A stretch of DNA of 64,000 bases. It comes from Rhizophagus irregularis (lineage: Eukaryota). Every line of letters begins with the position of its first letter. Position 1 is the stretch's first letter. A program made the position numbers and the translations under genes. The notes beneath the pieces were generated by a model. That model was not told the origin of the DNA, searched no databases, and saw nothing but the letters and a program-made list of their open reading frames with translations. Below, one piece after another: positions 13,045 to 26,582 of this stretch. The stretch lies in the NCBI RefSeq assembly GCF_026210795.1, contig NC_089430.1, positions 4,650,001 to 4,714,000 of the forward strand, given 5' to 3'.

Positions 13045-14337
13045 TTATCCGTCTTGCACCCAAATCCAAGAATTTCCGCATCCTCCCCCAACCTTCTTAA
13101 TATTCCCTGCTTTCCTTACTTTTACGGGTTGCCATCTGTTTTCGTTATCTCCAATTCCACAATTTCCATGTTCATTCCATCCCCAACTTAAACATTCCCC
13201 TTGTTTAGAAATGATTAAAGTGTGTTCTGATCCACATGCACATTCCTCAATTTCAAATCCTTCACTTAATATCAAATTCTGTGGCAAATAATATAAAGGA
13301 ACAGGCTTATCCATCCACCCATCCACATCATTCTCATTCTCAGGATTATTCTTTCCACACTGTCCATGATCATTTCTGCCCCATATTAATAATTTATCAT
13401 CATCACATATTATTATAGTATTATTCCATCCGCAATGTATACTCTTAACTTTTCCAATTGATTCATGATCAATTTTTTTAGGTATATCTGAAAATTTTAT
13501 TTTATTTGGAAAATCATATCCCAATTGCCCATATTTATTCAATCCAAATGTATAAAGTTCTCCATCACTTGTCAGTACCACGGTATGATTTTGTCCACAG
13601 GCCACATCTATCACTCTAAGATTCAAGTCATGAAATATTCTAACAGGTTCAAAATATAATGTTTCTTTCTTCTTTTTATGCGATTTTTCATTATTGTCTT
13701 TATCAAATTTTGTTAATTGTCCATATTTGTTACTCCCCCAACCGAAACACTTCCCCTCCTTATTCAAGCATACAACATGCCTTAAACCACAGACAACTTT
13801 CTCCACTCCCTCAACACCTTTTATTCTCACTCCTCTCCCACCCGTCTTTTTCACATTCTCACCACATCCCAACTCTCCATAAACTCCTTTGCCGAATGAA
13901 TAAATGTATCCATTTTCTTCTTCCACAGCTAAACTAAAATTCCAACCACAAGTTACATATTCCCATCGTCTTACCTCATGTTCATCAAGAATTTCTACTT
14001 TATTAAACTTGGACTCTTTTAGAGAATCAGATGCGATACCACTCTGTCCATCATCATTTAGTCCGCTCATCCATAATTCTCCAAATGATGTTATGATAGC
14101 AGAATGATTTCCTCCGCCAGATATAACTTTTGGTTTAGTATCTAAATTTTCTAAAACCGAGTTAAAAGTTTTTTGTGATAGCTGAAATTCTTGCGACTCA
14201 AGTTGCTGTTCTGTTTGTTTAGTTATAAAGAATTTACAAGCAGTGGGAATATTAGTATCTTCAAACGATCCTATTCCAAGTTGTCCATTGCCATTAGATC
14301 CACATGCAAACAATTTATTGGATTGAATAATTGGCAT
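13045..14337 (-). CDS. RCC1-repeat beta-propeller protein (Ats1/Kti13/SERGEF-like)
   Basis: Single exon with repeated G.N..GQLG and CG..H motifs. First ATG at 14337; the ORF-track start at 14355 is TTG. Confidence 0.85.
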   Translation of the reverse strand: MPIIQSNKLFACGSNGNGQLGIGSFEDTNIPTACKFFITKQTEQQLESQEFQLSQKTFNSVLENLDTKPKVISGGGNHSAIITSFGELWMSGLNDDGQSGIASDSLKESKFNKVEILDEHEVRRWEYVTCGWNFSLAVEEENGYIYSFGKGVYGELGCGENVKKTGGRGVRIKGVEGVEKVVCGLRHVVCLNKEGKCFGWGSNKYGQLTKFDKDNNEKSHKKKKETLYFEPVRIFHDLNLRVIDVACGQNHTVVLTSDGELYTFGLNKYGQLGYDFPNKIKFSDIPKKIDHESIGKVKSIHCGWNNTIIICDDDKLLIWGRNDHGQCGKNNPENENDVDGWMDKPVPLYYLPQNLILSEGFEIEECACGSEHTLIISKQGECLSWGWNEHGNCGIGDNENRWQPVKVRKAGNIKKVGGGCGNSWIWVQDG

Positions 14338-14993
14338 AATATATGTACGAAGCAAAAAGTACAGAAGGATAAAATAAAAAATGCGTCAAATCTAGCGTAA
14401 AATTACATTAATGATTATTAAGCATAGATTTTTTTTTTTTAAAAAAAAAATGATGTTTAAAATCTAAATCCGATAGGTAAATTTAAGATTTTCATTTATT
14501 ATTTACATATCTGATTGTAAAACGTTACTATTTACATAATAAAACATCAATTTTGCAATTAAGCTAATTTTGATAAATATAGAATTTCAATTCTCCGAAC
14601 CTATTATTATAAAATATAAAAACTATTTATAAAATTTTATCTTATTGATTTTATTGATTGTAATTAAAAATGGTTTACATTGAACCAATTATATCATGAC
14701 AAAGAATACATATTATAACAATTTAATATTTAGTAAAAGTATAATATTGTCCATCAAAGTAACTGGTTTGGGTTTTAAAGTAAGATATTAAAAGAATATC
14801 TATTTTGACTTCCACGAATAATTTTCTCCGTTATTTTTTTTTGTTATTTTACGTTTATTAGTCAGAAAAAAAAAACTTCATTTTTAAAAAATCATTTCTA
14901 CTTTTATCACAAAAATAAAAAAAAAATTTCTCTCTTTCTTTATACGGTTTCTTAAAACTAAATTAAACTAAATAAAAACGATATTTGTCCATA

Positions 14994-17257
14994 ATGCGTC
15001 TTTGGAATCAAAGACCTCAAAATCCTTCTGTGGTAACTGATGGTGTTCCTTCAACGCCTACTTCCCCTACACCTATACCAGCTTCTGGACTTTTGCTCAT
15101 CCGTGTAGTTGAAGCTCGTGGAATCACTTTACCTCCTGGCATAAGACCTCCACAAATTCCACCGCATTTTTCATCAGTCCCAACGAATACAAGGGGTAAT
15201 AGAGACAGCATGCAAAGGAAACAATGTTGGTGGCTTCCTTATGTGGTTTTAGAGTTTGACAAAAACGAAGTTTTGATCGATGCTTTGGGCGGTGAAGTTC
15301 AAAACCCCACTTGGCAGTATCGAGCGCATTTGTGAGTATGGAAAGTTAGTTATATTATCATCAATAATTTTGATTTTGATCTAGTTTCTAGTTTTAATTC
15401 TTTGATCTGATTTTTTTTGTTGTATATTTTATAGCGATGTCTCAAGAGAGTCTGATGTATCGATACAAATTTATTTACGTAAATCTACTCAAACTGGCCA
15501 ACATACTAATGATATGGGAAATGACGTTTTCCTTGGTGGCGTAAAAATTGCACCTAGTTTTAATGATCCAAACGTAAGTAGAATTAAAATTTAATAGTGA
15601 CTTAATGCCAATTTTATTATAGTCTCTGATTTTCTCGTTGTTTCTTTTTTTATATTTAGAAATTGCATGAAAATTGGTTCAATCTAGCAGGTGGAACGGG
15701 TAGTGTACATGTTCACATTTGTTACAAGAAGGATCATGTATATAAGCATTTTTTATTTTCATTTGGTAGTTCATTTCATTTTTTTTCAAATTTTGACATT
15801 TCGAAACCATCAATGCTATTTATTAGGCAAATATCCCCTTAACAATCGATGCATTTGATTTATTAAAAGTCATTGGCAAGGGCAGTTTTGGCAAGGTACC
15901 TATCACATTTTGATAATAGAAAGTGATATTGAAATCCGCAGTTATTTTTACGTTTTCAGTTATTTAAAGAAAAAGGATTTATTTAATGTATTAATATGTG
16001 TATATCGATATATTAGGTCATGCAAGTACGAAAAAAGGATACTTCTCGAATTTATGCGCTAAAAACCATTCGTAAAGCTCATATCGTTTCCCGATCAGAG
16101 GTTAATCATACATTAGCGGAGCGTACAGTTTTAGCACAAATCAATAATCCTTTCATTGTACCGCTAAAATTCTCTTTCCAAAGTCCAGAGAAATTGTATT
16201 TGGTGCTTGCTTTTGTTAATGGTGGTGAATTGTTTCACCATTTGCAAAGGGAAGGACGATTTGATGAAGAGAGATCAAGGTTTTATGCCGCTGAATTACT
16301 TTGCGCATTGGAATGTTTACATGATTTCAACGTGGTTTACCGGTTAGTAAAAAAATAATGAAAATTCTTTGAAAATGAGTTTACCTGAACTTTAAATCAA
16401 AATCGTATTGATAATTTCTTTTTACACTTTTTTTTTCGCATTTAATATATTTCAATATTCAAAGGGATTTAAAACCCGAAAATATTCTGCTAGACTATTC
16501 AGGACATATCGCTTTATGCGATTTCGGTCTCTGTAAATTAAATATGACTGAATCAGAAACAACCCATACTTTTTGCGGGACGCCGGAATATCTTGCTCCC
16601 GAATTATTGTTAGGTCATGGTTATACAAAAACAGTAGATTGGTGGACTCTAGGAGTTTTATTGTTCGAAATGTTGACGGGTTTGCCACCGTTTTACGATG
16701 AAAATACAAATGAAATGTATAGAAAAATTTTACAGGACGAGTTGAGATTTCCAGAAGAAGTTGGGAACGATGCAAGAAGTTTATTATCGGGGGTTTGTGT
16801 TCTTTTAATTGATCAATTATTGATATAATGATAATTTTCATTAAAATCATAATATTTTAATATAAATAGTTATTAACTCGGGAACCCACTCAACGCCTTG
16901 GAAATAATGGTGCACAAGAAATAAAAGATCATCCTTTCTTTGCTTCAATTGATTGGAGAAGATTGATGCAAAAGAAAGTACAGCCACCATTTAAACCTAG
17001 TGTGGTATGTAATTAACGAAATTCTCATTTTGGAGTCTTATGAATTCAGATTAATATTAACTTTTTTAAAAAAAATTAAGGAATCTGCTATTGATACTTC
17101 AAATTTTGATGAGGAATTTACCTCAGAAACTCCTCAAGATTCTTATGTAAATGAACCACATCTATCAGAAACTGTACAACGACAATTTGCCGGCTTCACG
17201 TATAATGAAGACCGGGTAATGAGCGGAAGCATATCAAGCTCGGTGCAAGATATGTAA
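14994..17257 (+). CDS. YPK1: AGC kinase Gad8/Ypk1 (C2 domain plus kinase)
   Basis: C2-like N-terminus, [25 protein letters not shown], activation loop [14 protein letters not shown] and C-terminal hydrophobic motif FAGFTY. Multi-exon with GT-AG introns. Confidence 0.92.
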
Positions 17258-18158
17258 ATCTTCACAAAAGTCAGCAGGACATTCTGCGGCTTGTTTGATT
17301 TCTATTTAAGGTCAAACACAAAAAAGGTTGTGATTCCAATTAAGTAAAATATCAGAAGGGATCAATGTGTTACGTTCTTACGTATATGTATATGTACTAT
17401 GTATATATATACTTTTTCTCTTTTTATATATGATAGCCCATTTCTTTCAATTTGTGTTTATATATATATATATATATTACTCATTCTTCATGATACGTGG
17501 ATTTGGTGATTTCAACATTTTATATATTTTGAAAATTTTCTTTATTAGATGAGCATCGTTCCTTTTTAACATTTTTTCATAACACATCTATATCACAACC
17601 AAACTTTTTTATATATTTTTTAGCTTGTATTTTATTGCAGTCCGACTTCCTTCCTCATAACCATCATTTTTGTTCGTACATCAATCATATATTGTTTATT
17701 TTTAAATATTTTTTTTTGTTTTTTTTTTTTGTTTTAAGATCTTTAAAAAAAGAGAGAAAAAAAATCTAAGAAATATCACATCGAAAAAAAAAAAAAATAA
17801 TTTTTTAAACATGCAAATATAGAGTTTTTCGATTTTTATTCATGTGATTATTCACATGAATCGTTCTTTAAATTGAGTTGCAATATCACGATTTATGCTT
17901 TTACCGGGATTGAAATAAACTAATCTTTGACATTTTATCATCTTGCATAATCGAAAAAGGTGGATTAAGCGGTGCAAAAGTGCGTCGTAACACCGCAGTA
18001 AATAACAGTAAATTGCAGTAAATAAATAACGGATCGACCAATTTTAGATTGATCCGATCCAACTTAATCATAAATTAGTTTCAAAAAAAAAAAGATTATT
18101 CGAATCTCTTATAAAAAGGTATTTTATTCGTAAAAAAAAAATAGGAAAAGAAAAAAAA

Positions 18159-19332
18159 ATGGCACAATTCATTCTATCATCTTTTCGTGGTCATTTAACA
18201 AATAATGCAACGAAAATTTCATTTAAAACATCTTTATTACGTCCATTATTATTAAATAATAATTTTTCAACAACCACACCAAATAATAATTCTATACAAA
18301 ATATTACAGTTTATGGTTCAGGACTTATGGGAGCTGGGATAGTTCAAGTAGCAGCACAAAATGGGTTTAAAGTAACTATGGTAGATATAGAACAAGCATT
18401 TATTGAAAAAGGAAAAAAGATAATTGATGCATCATTATCTAGAATAGCAAAAAAACAGTTTAAAGATGATGAAAATTCACAAAAATCTTTTATAGAAACT
18501 ACTTGGTCAAATATTAAAACTGAAACTAATAGTGAAAAAGGTGCAGAAAATACTGATTTAATTATTGAAGCTATAGTAGAAAATTTAGAAACAAAACAAA
18601 ATTTATTTAAAAAATTAGATAAAATATCTAAACCTAATACAATTTTTGCTTCAAATACAAGTAGTTTACCTATATCAGAAATTTCTAAAATAACTGAAAG
18701 GCAAGATAAATTTGCTGGTTTACATTTTTTTAATCCTGTACCTCAAATGAAATTGGTTGAAATTATTAAAAATGATCAAACTAGTGAAGATACTTATCAA
18801 AAATTAGTTGATGTTACAAAGAGAATGAAAAAAACTCCAGTAACTTGTAAAGATACTCCTGGGTATGTATGTTAATAACAAAAAAAAAGATTTTATAAAA
18901 ATAAATTAAATTATCACTTTTTTTTTTTTTTAGATTTATTGTAAATCGATTGCTTGTACCCTATTTAATGGAAGCTGTCCGTCTTGCTGAACGTGGTGAG
19001 GCTACTACTGAAGATATTGATACTGCCATGAAATTAGGTGCTGGAATGCCAATGGGTCCTTTTGAATTATCTGATGTAAGTTTAATATTATTAAGCTTTT
19101 AAGAAAACTTTGTTCGAATTAATAATTAAAACAAATTATTTATTTCTTTTTTTTTGTCTTACTTTAAATATCTTAGTTTGTAGGATTAGATACTCTTAAA
19201 TCTATTGTGGATGGATGGCGTAAAGATGGAAAAATTGATGCTGGCCTTGTCGCTCCCATTAAAAAGTTGGATGATTTAGTCAAAGAAGGCAAACTTGGTA
19301 GAAAAAGTGGTGCAGGATTTTACACATATTAG
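18159..19332 (+). CDS. HADH: Mitochondrial 3-hydroxyacyl-CoA dehydrogenase, 3 exons
   Basis: Presequence-like N-terminus, [11 protein letters not shown]-binding motif, ASNTSSL, GLHFFNP, DTPG/FIVNRLL, PMGPFEL and [12 protein letters not shown]. Stop at 19330-19332. Confidence 0.92.
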
Positions 19333-19933
19333 ATCAATATGAAAAAATATACACTATTATTAATATTATAAATATTATTGCTAAAAAAAAAAAAAATTTT
19401 TTTTGGATAAAATTATGACAATAAAACTCTTATTATTAACACAATTTTATTACTATATGTACATTTTAAAGTGTTCTTAATTAAATATTTAGTTTGTTTA
19501 TTGAAAATTTTTACACACAAATTTAATATAAAAAAGTACAAAGCTTTTTATTATATAAATAAATTTTTTTTTGTATGTTTAATAATATACACTAATAAAA
19601 TTTAACTCAAAAAAAAAATTTGAAAAAAAAAGTTCTAAGGTTAATAATAAAAAATGAATGTAAATTCTTAAGTTTTTTGTCCAAAAGTATACAAATATAA
19701 TTTTGATAATGCTAATTAAGTGATCTTTTTTGTGTATATATAGAAGTATAATGTGTACACAGTTAAAACTCACTTTTATAATGTCCGAAAAGTATTTAAA
19801 TGAAAAATGTTCTATATGAATAAATAAATAAATAAACAAAACTTACAAACATATTATCAATTACCACTCTCAATAACACAATTATAGGTAAGTTTTACCT
19901 TAAGAATTATTATTAAAATTTTTTTTTTAATCG

Positions 19934-22900
19934 TTAATCATCTTTTTTAACTAAACCAACAAGTTCCTTTGTAAATTTAGCTATTTCAAATGAAGCACCT
20001 GCCAATCGCTGTTTTGAAGTCTTATTTGACATAAAGTCCGTACTATCTTTGGCTATTAAATCATTCATTTCTTCTAATTTATCAACATTATTTTCCAATT
20101 CTTTCAGTATAATATCACCCCTTGTTCGATATATTGCTCCAGCTGACGATTTAAATGAATCTTGACAAACTTTAATAACCGTCAGCACTATTGATGTAAT
20201 TGTGTTGATATTGTCAGTTAAATCGTTACTTGTACTATATGTTGCACCACCGCGGATAGCCTGTAAGAGAGTATGAATTGCATGTACGATGGCTTCTGTT
20301 TGACGTTCCAAGAAATCCTTTAAATAACGACATAAAAATTAGAAACGAATATTTGATAAATTTAAAATATAATACTCCATTGTAATTAATAAATTTACCT
20401 TTAACTCGTCAATATCTACTGCTTTAACTCCATTCACTTGATTATCTGAGCCAGAATTCATTTCATTCTGACTATTTTTGGTTCTAAGAGGTGCTATTTC
20501 GGAACTAAAATTATTTGTAGGCAAAGGTTCTGACGGAATTTTAAAAGGATAAGAATCTGGGTTAAGATTATTGTTCTGACCACGCTCACGTCTAAGTTTA
20601 ACCGCTTTCACCAAATCGACAATAGTTGCAGTCAGATGACCCGCTGAGGCATCCAATAAACTAACTGGTGATATACCATATCCAGTTGCATGATTTTTGG
20701 CGGATGTCATAAGATTCTTAAGTGTCACCGAAAGCCTCGCTTTACAAGCATCAAGATTAGATTTATCTTCTGCATTCATGTATGCACTTTTGCGTTGCTC
20801 GTAATTATCAACCTCTTCAGTTATACTCTTACAAGCAATAACAATTGACTTCATAGCCATAAGAACATTTGTTGGATCATCGGATCTAAAAAGAAAAATT
20901 ACTTAAGTGATATAATAATTGAAATCAACAGTAAGAATGTGTGTCACACCTTCCAGATCTTAACAAGTCATCTATTGCAACTTGATAAGAAACAATTCTA
21001 GATTCCTCGATCCCACCATCAGGTGTTGGGGCTAATGAATTATCCTTCACAATATCAACTTTAGGCGCTTCTTTGTAGAAAGATGAAGTTGCTACAATAT
21101 AATAAACATATATATTTAGTGTTGGATAAAAAAATATCTTAAAATTAATTTATCAAAAAAAATTTTTATTATACCTTTCAAATTCCTTAATTCAGTCCTT
21201 ATCTTTTCATATTTATTTTTCCAATCATTTATTTCTCCCGTCAAAGACTTGATTTTTGCAGCATCTTCTTCCTTTTCAGCACACAATTCTTCATTTCGCT
21301 TCGAAATTTCTTTAATTTCTTCTAATAAACCAGTTGCCTCCTTTTGAACGTCATTAGCGACCTAAAAGTGGACGATATAGAATTAATAAAATTAACCATA
21401 TCGAACTAAAAGAAAGTTCTTAATTCAAACCTCTTGCTGTTGATGATGGTCTTCGGTTAATTTATCAAATTCACGTTCTAATTCAGTCATCTTTGTTGTT
21501 TGCTTCTTGTTAATTTGCTTTTGTTCTTCAAGTTGCTTTTCAAGTTCTTTTACTCTAGCACTATCATCATCAGTGCCAGCTTCTTTTGTCTTTGAAAAAA
21601 AAAATCATATTTATTTATTTACTTTTTTTTAAAAAAAAGGAAAGTTTAAACTGAAATTATAAATTTATATCTACCGAAAGTTCATTTTCCAATTCTTTTA
21701 TTCGTTTTTGAAGATTAGCCACACGTAACTCGTAATCTGATTTAACTTTTTCAACTTCAGCATAAGGCTATTTCCAAAACAATAAAAAATTTTTCATATA
21801 AGATTTAGCAAAATTCAAAAATCCCAAAATCAGCAAAAAAAAAAAATAATAATTAAACTTACAAAAGTCTGTACTTGAGTTTGTTTTGGAGAGGAGCTTG
21901 CACTTCCGCTTGCCTTTTTATCAATCATATCACCCAAATCAGCCATCAAACTGTCAAGAGAAGCAAAATTGACAGCAGCATCAGGGGGTTTATTACTTTT
22001 TTGACTGTTGACAGTATCTCTATTTTGTGTATTTTTACTTGACATGCTGCTCATACTACTAACGCTCATTCCATTTGCATAGCGGCGTCCAAAATCAGAC
22101 ACGGATGAAGCAGAAGATTGGGTACGACTACGCGGAGATCGTGGAGAACCATACTCTGGTGGCATACCCTCAGGTACGGGAGGATAATTATTAGTATTGT
22201 TATTATTTGTTGGAGATGAAGAAGTATAAGATTGTGGGCTTGTGACTTCGGAATCATTATTATTGATTTTTTGCATTTCCGGTTGTTTTTGAACATGATA
22301 ATCTACAGAAATAGTTTCTTGTACTAAAGTACTAATTTCTGGTACGATGTTATTAGCTCTTGACGTTTGAGATTTGACTCCGTCAGATGGTATTTTGTTT
22401 TGTTGAGGATTTTGTTGAGGATTTTGTGGTTGAGGCGATGAATTATTCGATCTTGATGATGCTGGTGTTGATGAGAACTAGCATATAATTGCGTTAAAAT
22501 ACAAATAAATACATAGGTAAAAAAAAAAATTTTGCTAAGAATAAAAATGAAAACATCAATTTACCTCCATATCTTTGAGTTCAGGATATCTACGTTCTAA
22601 TTCATAATAAACATCACTTGCTAAATCTTTAAATCGATTCTGAGGTAATGTAGCTAATTTTTGTCGTGCTTGATTTCTCTTTGGATGGAATTCATCACGT
22701 ACGGGAAGAAATGGAACTATAAAATTGGATTTCAAAATATGAAAGATCAAAGAATTTAATTAATTAATTTTTAAATAAAATATTAAAAATTAAATATTTT
22801 TTAGTACCTTCATTCGTATCCATTAATCTTCTAGTTAATTCGTCATAGACATCTGTGGAAAGTTCTTGAAATTGTACTTTCGTAAGTCTTGTTAACTTTT

Positions 22901-23199
22901 CTCTGGCATTCGTTCTTGAGCCATTTGCTTGCTCTATATAATAAATTATAAAAAGTATAAATGATTTCAATTAGAAGTCACAAGTGAAAAAAGTAAATCT
23001 AACGTTAGACTAAGGTAAAAACATTTTGTATTTAAAGATCGCGAAGTATGGTTGCAATCTAAGTGTTACAAAAAATTCAAATCAAAGAAATTCAGTAAAT
23101 CTATATTTCAAGGGATAACATACCCCGGGCAAGATGTCTAAAAAGATATTTTTTTAAAGCCTCGTAGTGAGTGATGGCAATTTCCATGGGGCTTGCCAT
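19934..23199 (-). CDS. SPA2: Polarisome scaffold Spa2 (GIT/Spa2 homology repeats, coiled coil, GIT1-C-like tail)
   Basis: Two SHD repeats (AREKLTRLTKVQFQELSTDVYDELTRR; ARQKLATLPQNRFKDLASDVYYELERR), a central coiled coil and C-terminal GISPVSLLDASAGHLT. Start MASPME at 23199. Confidence 0.88.
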
Positions 23200-25227
23200 A
23201 GTATTAAAAATTTTATCTTTGAATATGAAAAATCTATATAAGATATAGGAATAAACAACCCGTCAACGGGTAAAGAATGCAACTATTTTTTTTTTTTATC
23301 AAAAGGAGTGAGTGTAATAGAGTAGGGTTTGTATGTTGTGTTAGTTGCAAAATGAATGAAGGTAATTTTTTGTTCGGGTAAAAACCTGATAGTTATATCA
23401 TTAAGATTATGTAACCTCATTTATTTCCAAACAAAGTAAATTACAAACTAAACAAGGAAAGGGAAAGTATTTACAATATTTGTATTACTAACAGTTTGAA
23501 CGTTAATCAAGAATTTATTTATTGGTACGGAATTTTTACAAATTACAAAATGGGAATTATTAGTGGAATTTCCGTTTAATATTCATACAATTATTATTTT
23601 TACTCTTTTTTCAGTTATATATAGTTATATATTTGTCCCACGCAACATCATGGCAAAATTTTTGATATTTGCTCAGTTATGGATGATTTAATGATTTACG
23701 CTATTTATTAATCTGTAAAAAGAATTTTCACCTGATCTCAAATGCATGGTGCTGCAAATATATGCCAATCGATTATTTATATTTTCGTCTACTGTTTCAT
23801 GTTGTTGATTAAATATATTTGAACTAATGCATATATCAAATAAAGCACCATTCTCCTTCGTTTGATCGTTTGATGGAAATTTTTTAAACATGGATTTACA
23901 ATAAAATTAATCGCCTAGATTTTACAAATGGTTCTTAGAACCAACATTTTTTTAATTAGTTGTTACACATTTTTCAGGAGTTTCTTCCGAGTCAAATTTT
24001 CGAGCAAAAATTTGACTAACAATTCAATTACAGTACGTTACCTCTATAATCAAATCTAACAAAAACTTAAATAACTTTTAGTCTAATGAACAGATTTTAA
24101 TTAAGAATAAATTAACCTTTTACTCATTTAAAAAGAAGTGATTTAAAAAAATTTTCCCAATTTCGAAATTCCATGATTAATCACGTGATTTAATATTAAC
24201 CAATTTGATGTGATATACATTTTCCCTTTTGTGGGGTTGTGGTACAGCCATACAGTATGACCCGTCAGTAAATCGCACTTCTCCCTTCATTTTGGTCTTT
24301 TATATTCTCTTTTTACAAATTATTTTTTATTAACATTATTTTCAATTTTTCATAATAGTGTATATAAAAAACTTTTATCAGAATGAGGTGGTTTCTTTGA
24401 GTTTTGAACTAAATTATTATGTATTTATTTATCTAAAGTTTGTGATTTTACTAATAAATATTCATGGTATAATTTTAGTACTTTGATTAAATTAACTGGC
24501 TTTTGTTAAAATGAAGTGTTGAACAAATAAAGTTTTTGAATACTCAGATTTACAAAATTTCAATGAAAATCTGTGAATTCTTTACTCAGTTGTCAAAATA
24601 TTTGATTTAATAGTTCACTTTTCTGTCATAAAAATTCTAAGATAAAAAATGTTCATCCAAGTGAAATTCTATAGTAAAAAAATTAATTTTAAATGCTACA
24701 CGATAAAATGTTATGTGCGCGTACTGCGAAAAATCTGAAAAATCTATGAAAAGAAAAATGTTATGCGCATATACTGTGAAAAGTCACGCGTCTTGTGACT
24801 CTTGTCCAATGGATTTCAGTGCTGATTAAATCTGCCGTATCACATTATGAACCAATCACATTTAGGAAGAAGTCCACAGCTATCTTTTGCTAGAGAGGTC
24901 ACGCTCTTTCGAAAATTTTATTACACAAAAATAAAAAATGATTTATAAGCGATTTACATTATTGATTTTACATAAAAGACTTTCTAATGCTAATTTTAAA
25001 TTAAGTATGAAATTTTTGTTACACTAAATTACTCTATTCTATACCGCATTCGCATACACTCACAGGACGTGACGAATAGGCATCAGACACTCAAATAAAA
25101 CGTCGCTGAGATAAATATAATCTCACATCCCATCTTAGTCACGTGGAACTTATTGTAGATCTTTCGTGCATATATATATTATAATATAATCGTCATTCTC
25201 ACTCATTTTTTATCACGATTTGTAACA

Positions 25228-26582
25228 ATGGTAATTTTTTTTTTCTCTTGTATTATATTAAAGAATTGAATTAATTGAAAAAAAAATTTTTAGGGAGTCC
25301 AAATCATAACTGACCCAAATGACCCAATATACGTAAGTATATTATCGGGGATATAATTTTGACTAATAATTAGTAATGGAATAATTTAATTTAATTTTAT
25401 TTTTTTTTAAAATATTTAGGGAGAACCTAATTACGTTCGTATATACTTTTTCTGAAAGTTTAGTTTTTTCTTTTACAGAATTGATAATACTTTTTTTTTT
25501 TTAACAGGGCAAAAAAGAAAATACAGTGCGTATATATATTTTTTTCTGAAAATAGTTTTTCTTTGATGAAATTGATAATTTTTATTTAATTATTTTGTGA
25601 TATTTTATGATATTCAGGGGCCCACTAAATTTGTTCGTATATATTTTTTTTCTGAAAATAAAGTTTTTCTTTTGATTGGTAGTATTTAAATTAATAATTT
25701 CATTATTTTTCTATTTTTTTTTTTTTAATAATATTCAGAACTTTCAACCCGGTGACAATGTGGTAAGATATCTTTATAGACTTTGTTCGAACTGTTAACA
25801 TAATTTTTAATTTTTTTTCTTTTGAAATAATAGAATTTTCCAAAAGTGGTATGTTTTATATATTCGCCTATCGTCAAAATTTATTTCTCGAATAATATTT
25901 TATAATGTTTTCATTTTCTGTTATTATAGGGTGATGAAGTCACTATCAACTGTAAGTTTAATTAATCGTGGTACCATTATTGTTTATTATTAATTTATGC
26001 TTATTCTTTTAAAGATACTGGATACCTTAAAAATCCGAATTATCCGAAACACGATAACTTCATTAAGAGTATTGATCATTTCGATTCTTCAATTACCCGA
26101 AATAAACCACTCTTTTGCAAAGTCGGGGTTGGTCAACTGATTAGAGGTATGCTATATAAAACTTGGAGCATTATTATAGATAATTAAATACTTAAATTAA
26201 TTAAATTTAGGTTGGGATGAAGGTATTCTTAGACTCAGTCTTGGACAAAAGGCTACACTTGCCGTCACTTCAGATTACGGGTACGGTAGTTCTGGCTTTG
26301 GTGCAGTTGTAAGTATTTGCAAATTTTTTTTTTTTTAATTTACATTTACGTCGAAACTTTTATTTTACAAATTAATCTTGTCCTCTGTATAATTAGATCC
26401 CACCTAATTCAGATTTGATATTGTAAGTAAAATATATAATAAACATCTCATTTATTTAGTATCATTTTCAAGTTTAGTTGACTTTTTTTTTTATTCAAAA
26501 TAGTGATGTTGAACTTATTGGAATAAATGACTTATTTATAAATCCACCATCATCAACATCATCGGAGCAACAAAAGCAATAA
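25228..26582 (+). CDS. FPR1: FKBP12-type peptidyl-prolyl isomerase, 12 exons including microexons (~161 aa)
   Basis: Exons 25228-25230, 25294-25332, 25420-25434, 25508-25525, 25618-25632, 25739-25762, 25834-25848, 25930-25951, 26015-26146, 26211-26308, 26397-26422 and 26504-26582 total 486 nt and stay in frame. Translation includes MGVQII...PGDNVNFPKVGDEVTINYTG...FDSS...GQLIRGWDEG...DYGYG...IPPNSDLIFDVEL. Confidence 0.85.

Noticed and set aside
13236..14400. Several plus-strand ORFs
   Set aside because: Antisense shadows of the RCC1-repeat gene.
23688..23891. 67-aa ORF upstream of Spa2
   Set aside because: No recognisable motif or convincing splice partners.
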